Source: Candidatus Saccharimonadota bacterium
GTDB lineage: Archaea; Nanobdellota; Nanobdellia; Pacearchaeales; GW2011-AR1
Direction of reading: 5' to 3'
Length of the DNA: 32,000 nt
Assembly: GCA_041659445.1 (NCBI GenBank)
Contig: JBAZYG010000001.1
Span: forward strand, 120,001-152,000
Made by a program: the position numbers and the translations under genes. Of the stretch, positions 17,839 to 23,852 are shown one piece after another (the stretch's first letter is position 1; each line of letters opens with the position of its first letter). The notes under the pieces were generated by a model. That model was not told the origin of the DNA, made no database searches, and saw nothing but the letters and a program-made list of their open reading frames with translations.

Positions 17839-18108
17839 TTATTCTATATTTGGTTCGTTATTATTTTCTTCTTCTTGAGTCCAAATTGGTTTTGGTTTTT
17901 CACAACAATCTGAGCAATAATTTTTGTAAATTTCATAAGAACTAGCTTCTTGTGTTTTAATTATTATTTTTGAATAAGTATCTTCTGAAATTGTTGATAT
18001 TTTAAAATCTTGTTTTTGTGCAAATGTAAAAATTAATGAAATTATTAATCCAATTGCAATTAAGATTGATGCTCCTAAAATTAAATTGATTGATGTTTTT
18101 CTTTTCAT
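17839..18108 (-). CDS. Small single-pass membrane protein with a Cys cluster
   Basis: TM helix INLILGASILIAIGLIISLIF, plus a C-terminal YCSDCCEKP. Confidence 0.5.
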   Translation of the reverse strand: MKRKTSINLILGASILIAIGLIISLIFTFAQKQDFKISTISEDTYSKIIIKTQEASSYEIYKNYCSDCCEKPKPIWTQEEENNNEPNIE

Positions 18109-18207
18109 TCATTTTTTGAAGCTGAAAGGACTTTAAAAAGGTTGTTTATTCCTTGTGAATTAAAAATGTTTAAAAGTTATGAATTGTTAGGATTTTTGAC
18201 AAATCGT

Positions 18208-18417
18208 GCCCCGATAGTTTAGAGGCCAAGAACGCTGCCCTCTCAAAGTAAGAATAGAAAATTTCAAGAAATTTTTGAAAGGTTCTTAGAAGAGAGGTGA
18301 TCTGAGCTCGATGAGAGTATAGGTCTAGCATCTCAATGCAACCGCTCATCACTTGTCTGAGAATATTTTTATTCTTGGAGAACGGCAGTGACCCGTGTTC
18401 AAATCACGGTCGGGGCA
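18208..18417 (+). tRNA. tRNA-Glu (anticodon CUC) interrupted by a ~137-nt intron at the canonical 37/38 site
   Basis: Hand fold. Acceptor GCCCCGA/TCGGGGC. D stem GTTT/GAAC with loop AGAGGCCAA. Anticodon stem CTGCC (18235-39)/GGCAG (18384-88). Loop C-T-CTC-A. Variable TGAC. T arm CCGTG-TTCAAAT-CACGG. Discriminator A. CCA is not encoded. Confidence 0.85.
18246..18382 (+). other. tRNA-Glu intron (boundaries +/- 2 nt)
   Basis: A relaxed bulge-helix-bulge can be drawn. UCUC (18241-44, includes the anticodon) pairs with GAGA (18378-81). The outer helix is UAAGAAUA (18249-56) with UAUUCUUG (18370-77). Internal hairpins are AAAATTTC/GAAATTTT and GATGAG/CTCATC. Confidence 0.7.
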
Positions 18418-18423
18418 TTTTTT
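18418..18423 (+). terminator. Oligo-T tract directly after tRNA-Glu
   Basis: T6 immediately 3' of the discriminator base. Archaeal terminators are oligo-T runs. Confidence 0.4.
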
Positions 18424-18494
18424 AAAAAATATTCTTTATAATTTATATTTTTTATTACAATAATAGTTATAAACTATATTTTTTTAAAAAGATA

Positions 18495-19781
18495 ATGTTG
18501 GAATATAAAAACAAATTATCTAAATTTCCTAGTTCAAAAAAATATCTTGAATTTGGATTAAAACAAGCTGAATCAGTAAATGAAAAATTCAAAAATTGGT
18601 ATTATAATCAAGCTTTTTTTCCAGTAGCTAATTCAGGAATATCCTCTGAATTTAGTTTATTAACTTTAGACGGACATTCAGATCATATTGGAATTGGAGG
18701 AAATGGATTTAATATAGAATATGAGGATAGAGTTCAATGGCAATTAAATTTTTTAGGTGAAATAAAAAATGAAAAATTATCAGAGGCTCTTTTACATGAA
18801 AAAAGACTTCCAAATATAACTACTTTTAACAGTGCACCTTATATTTTTGATACAGCAAATTATATTCAAATTGGTGTTAGTAATGGTAAAATAGGTTGGG
18901 TTAAAAAAGGAGAATTTCCAAAAAGCATTTGTGCTAAAGAAGATTATGATGCAGTAAATAAAGCATTAAGTTCAGGAAAACCCTTGGAAAAAACCCCTAT
19001 TATTGGTGTTCAGACTGATGTTCGAAGAGAAGCTTTAGCTGGTTTTGAAGCAGCTTATTATTGGCAATGTTTTAGAGCAATGATTGTTGATTGTTCAGAT
19101 GTTCTTCATAAAAGACTTAAAGAAGAAATATCAGAAATGGGAAAAATAGATTATAATAAGAGTGAGTTTATTCGTTCACGTTCAGAAAATGTTTATCCAT
19201 TTTTTGTAAGTTTTTTTCCTGATGTTAGATTAAAACAAAATAAATCAACGTCACTTAAAAAATTTTATCATCCTGGAGCTCTTGAAGCAACGATTGCTTT
19301 AGAGTTAGAAAATGGATTTTATCATCAATTTGGAGGATCTGATTCTTCAGAGCGTCCTATTTTTTCTGCGAAGGGTTTTCCAATAGAAGTTTCTGGAAAT
19401 GATAAAAAATATGATGCAAGAATAAAATTTCAATTAAATCCTTTTGGTTCTTCTATTCAAGAAGATGAGCAAACACAAGTTGTTCTTTCAAAAACTATAA
19501 GAAAAAAATATAATAATTTTTCTATTGATAAAGAAGGTAATTTTATTTTTACATTTGATTTAAAAAATGCAAATAAAATTGAACAAGAAATTAGAGAAGG
19601 TTCAAAAGATACTTCTCTTCATGTTATGTCTAGAGTTCTTGTGGAAAATTTAAGATTAATGCATGAAAGTTTAAATGAATGGTATGAAAAGAAAATTCCT
19701 GCTCTTGAGGAAGAACATCAAGTGGCAATTCTTAATCGAAGACATTCTCATTTTTTGGGATTAGAAAAAAATCTTAAATGA
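18495..19781 (+). CDS. Hypothetical protein (428 aa), no recognisable family
   Basis: Long uninterrupted ORF with a TATA-like agttataaac about 25 nt upstream. No signal peptide or TM helix. Confidence 0.6.
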   Translation: MLEYKNKLSKFPSSKKYLEFGLKQAESVNEKFKNWYYNQAFFPVANSGISSEFSLLTLDGHSDHIGIGGNGFNIEYEDRVQWQLNFLGEIKNEKLSEALLHEKRLPNITTFNSAPYIFDTANYIQIGVSNGKIGWVKKGEFPKSICAKEDYDAVNKALSSGKPLEKTPIIGVQTDVRREALAGFEAAYYWQCFRAMIVDCSDVLHKRLKEEISEMGKIDYNKSEFIRSRSENVYPFFVSFFPDVRLKQNKSTSLKKFYHPGALEATIALELENGFYHQFGGSDSSERPIFSAKGFPIEVSGNDKKYDARIKFQLNPFGSSIQEDEQTQVVLSKTIRKKYNNFSIDKEGNFIFTFDLKNANKIEQEIREGSKDTSLHVMSRVLVENLRLMHESLNEWYEKKIPALEEEHQVAILNRRHSHFLGLEKNLK

Positions 19782-19855
19782 TTTTTTTAAGGAAACTTCT
19801 TTTGAAAAAGTTTGATTTAGTAAAGTTTAAAGAGTTTTGATGGTTTAAAAAAAAT

Positions 19856-20176
19856 ATGAAAAATAAAGAAATAATAAAATCTGCATTAATTAATGCCTTG
19901 AGCACAGCACTTTATGTAGTAGTCATTGCTTTATTTTTTTATTATGGAAGTAAAGGGATTTTTGAAAATAATCCCACAATTTTTATTCCAATTGCAATTC
20001 TTTTACTTTTTGTTTTTTCAGCAGCACTTACAGGGTTTTTAGTTTTTGGTAAACCTATTATGTTATATTTGAGTGGAAAAAAACATGAAGCTTTAGTTTT
20101 ATTTTCTTATACTCTTGGAATTCTTTTAATTATTACAATTGTTGCTTTATTTTTTCTTATTATTTGGAGTAAATAA
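19856..20176 (+). CDS. Small integral membrane protein (3 predicted TM helices)
   Basis: Hydrophobic segments ALSTALYVVVIALFFYY, IFIPIAILLLFVFSAALTGFLVF and LGILLIITIVALFFLII. Confidence 0.6.
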   Translation: MKNKEIIKSALINALSTALYVVVIALFFYYGSKGIFENNPTIFIPIAILLLFVFSAALTGFLVFGKPIMLYLSGKKHEALVLFSYTLGILLIITIVALFFLIIWSK

Positions 20177-20190
20177 GAAAGATAAAAATT

Positions 20191-20260
20191 AAAAAGTAAA
20201 ATAATTTTTCTTCCCAAAACTTTTTTAATCTCTGAACTTGTTTTATTTTTGTCTTGATTT
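20191..20260 (+). repeat. ~70-bp direct repeat, copy 1 (partner at 21797..21866)
   Basis: The first 38 nt, aaaaagtaaaataatttttcttcccaaaacttttttaa, are identical in both copies. The next ~32 nt match at about 85-90 percent with one 1-nt indel. Confidence 0.85.
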
Positions 20261-20316
20261 ATTCAAAAGCTTTAAAAATAGAAGTATCTTAATTAAAAAT
20301 GTAATACGAGGTGAAA

Positions 20317-21810
20317 ATGAAATTAAAAGTTAAAAGCTTTGCAATTCTTATTTCTTCTCTTTTAATATTGTTTTCTATTTATTTTGTTTTTGCTTTGATT
20401 GTTTCTCCTTCTTCATATTCTGTAAATGAATCTGTTACCTCTTTGTATAATATAACAATTAGAGATGTAAATATAACACAAGTTAATATTACTCTCCCTG
20501 CTAATTTTACATTTAGTGCAACATCAAATGGAACAAACGCGAGTAATGTAGTTCGTGCTAATTTTACGAACATTACAGGAAATATTTTAATTTGGACAAA
20601 TTCTACTTCACAATTTTATCTTATTAATGGAACTAATACAACAACTTTTTGGTTTAATGCAACTGCAAATTATCCCGGAAATTATAATTTCAGTGTTTCA
20701 GTTATGAATGCTACAAATACTTATGTAAATAATTCAATTAATATAACTGTAAATGATACTACTAATCCAACTGCTTCTTTTGGAGTAAATCCCGTGGATG
20801 TTTTTAATTCTTCAACAGCAAGTTTAACTTTTGATTTAAAATGTTCTGATGGATATTCTGTAAATGATGCAGAGCTATGGGGTAATTGGAGTGGTTCTTG
20901 GGCTCTTAATCAAACAAATGCTTCTATGGTGAATAATACTTTTTGGAATGTTAGTTTAAATTTATCTGATGGATTTTATATTTGGGGTGTTTATTGTAAT
21001 GATTCTGCAATAAATTCAGATTGGACAAATACAAATAGGACTTTGGTTGTAGATGTAACTAATCCTACTGCAGTAGCTTCTTGCACTGCTTCAACTATTC
21101 ATACAGGAGATTTAATTACATGTTCTTGTTCAGGAACAGATGCTACTTCTGGAGTGAATTCAACTTCTGCGGGTTCAACACCCGATACATCCAATGGCGG
21201 GACTTACACTTATACTTGTAATGTCATCGATTTTTCTGGTAATTCTGCAAGTAGTACTTTTACATATACTATCAGTGGTGGAGGAAGTTCGTCTTCTTCG
21301 ACAACAAGTAATAATTTTTGGAATAAAGGAACTTTTTTTATTTCAGATTCTCAATTTAAAGAATCTTTTTCTCAAGAGCTTTCTAAACAGCAACGATTTA
21401 AAGTTAATGTAGAATTTGAATCTCATTATATTGGTGTTGTTGATTTAACTTCTTCAACTGTAACAATTAACGTTTCTTCTAATCCACAACAAGCAGTTTT
21501 AATAGTTGGAGATGAAAGAAAATTTGAGGTTAATGGAGATGAATATTATGATATTTTAGTTAAATTAAATTCTATTAATGGAGAAAAGGCAAATCTTACA
21601 GTTCAATCTATAAATGAATTTATTACACAAGAACAAATAATTGAGGAAAAAGAAAAAGAAGATTCTTCAAAAAATTTAAAAGATATAGAAACAGAAAAAA
21701 CTTTTAATAAATTAAAGGGTTTGTGGTGGTTGTGGGTTCTTATTATATTAATCTTATCCGTTGGAGGATACTTTTTATTTAAAAAATCTTCAAAGAAAAA
21801 AGTAAAATAA
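20317..21810 (+). CDS. Secreted, C-terminally anchored surface protein extremely rich in N-glycosylation sequons (S-layer/adhesin-like)
   Basis: Signal/TM ILISSLLILFSIYFVFALIV. About 30 NxS/T sequons by eye. Ser-rich linker GGGSSSSSTTS. C-terminal TM WWLWVLIILILSVGGYFLF followed by KKSSKKKVK. The ORF track starts at GTG 20311. I prefer ATG 20317, which is preceded by the SD-like GAGGTGA (20307-13). Confidence 0.7.
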   Translation: MKLKVKSFAILISSLLILFSIYFVFALIVSPSSYSVNESVTSLYNITIRDVNITQVNITLPANFTFSATSNGTNASNVVRANFTNITGNILIWTNSTSQFYLINGTNTTTFWFNATANYPGNYNFSVSVMNATNTYVNNSINITVNDTTNPTASFGVNPVDVFNSSTASLTFDLKCSDGYSVNDAELWGNWSGSWALNQTNASMVNNTFWNVSLNLSDGFYIWGVYCNDSAINSDWTNTNRTLVVDVTNPTAVASCTASTIHTGDLITCSCSGTDATSGVNSTSAGSTPDTSNGGTYTYTCNVIDFSGNSASSTFTYTISGGGSSSSSTTSNNFWNKGTFFISDSQFKESFSQELSKQQRFKVNVEFESHYIGVVDLTSSTVTINVSSNPQQAVLIVGDERKFEVNGDEYYDILVKLNSINGEKANLTVQSINEFITQEQIIEEKEKEDSSKNLKDIETEKTFNKLKGLWWLWVLIILILSVGGYFLFKKSSKKKVK

Positions 21811-21866
21811 TTTTTCTTCCCAAAACTTTTTTAACTCTTGAACTTGTGTTAGTTTTGTCTTGTTTT
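21797..21866 (+). repeat. ~70-bp direct repeat, copy 2
   Basis: Covers the last codons (K-V-K-stop) of 20317..21810 and its downstream region. See copy 1. Confidence 0.85.
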
Positions 21867-21886
21867 GCTATACAGATAAGTTTTTT

Positions 21887-21900
21887 AGCCCTGTAGTACA
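21887..21900 (+). pseudogene. Orphan tRNA-Gln 5' fragment (positions 1-14): split-gene half or truncated pseudogene
   Basis: AGCCCTGTAGTACA is identical to the first 14 nt of the intact tRNA-Gln 149 nt downstream. Similarity stops abruptly, and no anticodon or T arm follows. Confidence 0.6.
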
Positions 21901-22035
21901 TCATAAGGAAACGAGGTTTCCTTGATGCTCAACTTTCCCTAGACACTGAACAGCAACTTCAGAATTGCCTCCGACGAAGTTGCAGAAAAATTTATTAAAT
22001 CAATTAATAGATGTTTTATATGGATAAATTGTTTA

Positions 22036-22108
22036 AGCCCTGTAGTACAGCGGTCAAGTATTTCGGACTCTGAATCCGGAGACCTAGGTTCGAATCCTAG
22101 CAGGGCTA
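22036..22108 (+). tRNA. tRNA-Gln (anticodon CUG), intron-less
   Basis: Hand fold. Acceptor AGCCCTG/CAGGGCT, with the A1-U72 pair typical of archaeal tRNA-Gln. D stem GTAC/GTAT. Anticodon stem TCGGA/TCCGG with loop CT-CTG-AA. T arm CTAGG-TTCGAAT-CCTAG. Discriminator A. 73 nt. Confidence 0.9.
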
Positions 22109-22168
22109 TATTGTTTAACAAAAATAACATTTAATAAAAAATTATATTTCAAAATTTTAAAAGAAGTT

Positions 22169-22324
22169 TTATAATTTTATTCTTAAGTCACTTGCGTCTT
22201 TTAAATTAGAATTATGTTGGTCAAGTCTTCCACTCGTTAAGCAATCAAAACAAATATGGACTGTTCCATCTTTTTCTTTTATCATTCCTTTATCGTTGCA
22301 TTTCTTACAAATTGGTTCTCCCAT
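22169..22324 (-). CDS. Small zinc-ribbon protein (51 aa)
   Basis: Manual translation gives MGEPICKKCNDKGMIKEKDGTVHICFDCLTSGRLDQHNSNLKDASDLRIKL, with a CxxC...CxxC pair. Below the ORF-track cutoff. Confidence 0.4.
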   Translation of the reverse strand: MGEPICKKCNDKGMIKEKDGTVHICFDCLTSGRLDQHNSNLKDASDLRIKL

Positions 22325-22425
22325 GTTTTTATTAATATTTTGCCTTATTTAAGGTTTTGTAGTTTGAATTATATATAACATTTAAATTAAGAAATCTTTT
22401 TATACATTAATATCATTAATTTTTT

Positions 22426-22773
22426 ATGGTAATTGGTATAGCTTTTGTTGTTCTTGCAATTTTAATCGTAGGTATTTGGGTTGTCATCGAAGCGAAAAGA
22501 ATGAAACACAAACTTTTTGCAATTTTTTTGATAGTTCTTATTTTAGTTACATACATTAGTTTTGCATCGGTTTTGAGAAATAATAATGTTGATTTGAAAA
22601 CTTCTGGAGGCATTGTTACTGCAGGAAAACTTTATTTTTCTTGGCTTGGAGGAATATTTGGGAATCTTAAATCTGTTACAAATTATGCTGTAAAACAAGA
22701 TTGGAAAGTTTTGAATGAAACTAATGTTAGCGTGAAAAATGTTTCTGAGAAGAAATCATTGTTTGGAAAATAA
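22426..22773 (+). CDS. Small membrane protein (2 N-terminal TM helices)
   Basis: Hydrophobic segments VIGIAFVVLAILIVGIWVVI and LFAIFLIVLILVTYISFA. Confidence 0.55.
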   Translation: MVIGIAFVVLAILIVGIWVVIEAKRMKHKLFAIFLIVLILVTYISFASVLRNNNVDLKTSGGIVTAGKLYFSWLGGIFGNLKSVTNYAVKQDWKVLNETNVSVKNVSEKKSLFGK

Positions 22774-22814
22774 ATTAAAGTAATGTTTTTAAAGTATATA
22801 TTCCACTATATATA

Positions 22815-23114
22815 ATGGCTAAAAAAAGAGGAGTTAAAAAAAAGCCTTCTAAAAAAAGTGTTAAAAAAAGAACTATAAAGTTCCGTCCTAGAATTGATTC
22901 TTTTATTTTCAAAAGAGAAAAAATTCTAGTTAATTTGTTAAAGTTTTTAGCATTTTTTGTAGTTTGTTTAGTGCTTTATTTTGTTACAAATAACTATCTT
23001 TTATGGATTTTATTTGGAATCGGAGCAATAATTGGTGGTGCTGTTTCATTTGCACTCATCCTAATGTGGATTGCTTTAGCAATTTCAAAAAGAAATGCTA
23101 ATAAAAGAAAATAA
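22815..23114 (+). CDS. Small membrane protein with a highly basic N-terminus
   Basis: MAKKRGVKKKPSKKSVKKRTIKFRPR followed by two TM helices. Confidence 0.55.
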   Translation: MAKKRGVKKKPSKKSVKKRTIKFRPRIDSFIFKREKILVNLLKFLAFFVVCLVLYFVTNNYLLWILFGIGAIIGGAVSFALILMWIALAISKRNANKRK

Positions 23115-23202
23115 TTATTCTTTTTATTTTTTAATTTTATTAATTTTTAAATATATTTTTGAGTATAATCATCTTTAAAAGGTCAGATAATTAATTCAAA
23201 TT

Positions 23203-23676
23203 ATGGATAAATCAATAAAAGATAAATTAGATAATCCGGAGATTATTAAGGGAATGGCTGAGCATTTGTTAAAAAATTTTGGGGTTTTTGATTTTGAATT
23301 TGTTCATGATCCAAAAACAAGTAATGATGAATGTCTTTATACTTTTATAGATTTTCCATCTAAAAATTTGTTGATTAGAGGATATGGAAATTTTCCAAAA
23401 GAATTTCAAGATTTTTATTATAAAAATCCTCAAATCGGTAATAAGAAAGATATTTTAGAAAGTTTTCTTTATCTTGTACATAATTTTAGATCTCCATTTG
23501 GTACCTTATCTATTCTTAGAGAAGATTTTCGAGTTTTTGAAATCGAAAAGGATAGATTAAAAATTTTTGAAAAAGGTCCTTGGCAGAAATATTTAGCAAA
23601 AGTTTATTTATCAACTTTAAGTGAGCCATTAATTAATGATCCTTCTGTGAATATTCTTGAAACAAGCCACAGCTGA
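23203..23676 (+). CDS. Hypothetical protein (157 aa)
   Basis: ORF track entry. Its last 12 nt overlap the 3' end of the convergent tRNA-Thr. Confidence 0.5.
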   Translation: MDKSIKDKLDNPEIIKGMAEHLLKNFGVFDFEFVHDPKTSNDECLYTFIDFPSKNLLIRGYGNFPKEFQDFYYKNPQIGNKKDILESFLYLVHNFRSPFGTLSILREDFRVFEIEKDRLKIFEKGPWQKYLAKVYLSTLSEPLINDPSVNILETSHS

Positions 23677-23737
23677 GGATTGAACTCAGGACCTTTACAT
23701 TACCAATGTAACGCTCTACCGACTGAGCTACTGCGGC
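23665..23737 (-). tRNA. tRNA-Thr (anticodon GGU), intron-less
   Basis: Hand fold of the reverse complement: GCCGCAG TA GCTC AGTCGGTA GAGC G TTACA TT-GGT-AA TGTAA AGGTC CTGAG TTCAATC CTCAG CTGTGGC T. 73 nt. Confidence 0.9.
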
Positions 23738-23788
23738 TTTTTGTTTTTTGATTTTCAGTAGCGAGGAGGCCGATGGAAATTTATATTT

Positions 23789-23813
23789 CTCTACCGACCT
23801 GAGCTACTGGGGC
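23789..23813 (-). pseudogene. Orphan tRNA 5' fragment (acceptor 5' strand plus D arm, ~24-25 nt): split-gene half or truncated pseudogene
   Basis: The reverse complement GCCCCAGTAGCTCAGGTCGGTAGAG differs from the neighbouring tRNA-Thr 5' part (GCCGCAGTAGCTCAG-TCGGTAGAG) by one substitution and one extra G. No anticodon or T arm follows. Confidence 0.6.
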
Positions 23814-23852
23814 ATTGTTTAAATCTTTAATTTAAAATGTTTAATTAATTTT

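Noticed and set aside
18170-18352. 60-aa minus-strand ORF from the track.
   Set aside because: It lies antisense across tRNA-Glu exon 1 and the intron, so it is an artefact of the tRNA locus.
18293-18362. Possible box C/D sRNA inside the tRNA-Glu intron (two CUGA tetramers at 18302-18305 and 18357-18360, and GAUGAG at 18310-18315).
   Set aside because: There is no proper RUGAUGA C box. The C'-like element to D box spacing is about 40 nt instead of ~12 nt. GATGAG pairs with the downstream CTCATC as an ordinary hairpin. The motifs are better explained as stem sequences.
21901-22035. Integrated mobile element between the two copies of the tRNA-Gln 5' end.
   Set aside because: Only 135 nt separate the copies, with no ORF, integrase or terminal inverted repeats. 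At most it is a scar, so it was not called as a mobile element.
21939-22130. 63-aa minus-strand ORF from the track.
   Set aside because: It is antisense to the complete tRNA-Gln gene and the spacer (its translation literally reads through the T arm). Not a gene.
23761-23802. SD-like GAGGAGG followed by an ATG and a 9-codon ORF on the plus strand in the tRNA spacer.
   Set aside because: The ORF is only 9 codons long and lies antisense to the tRNA-like fragment. The GGAGG is more simply the complement of the GC-rich tail.
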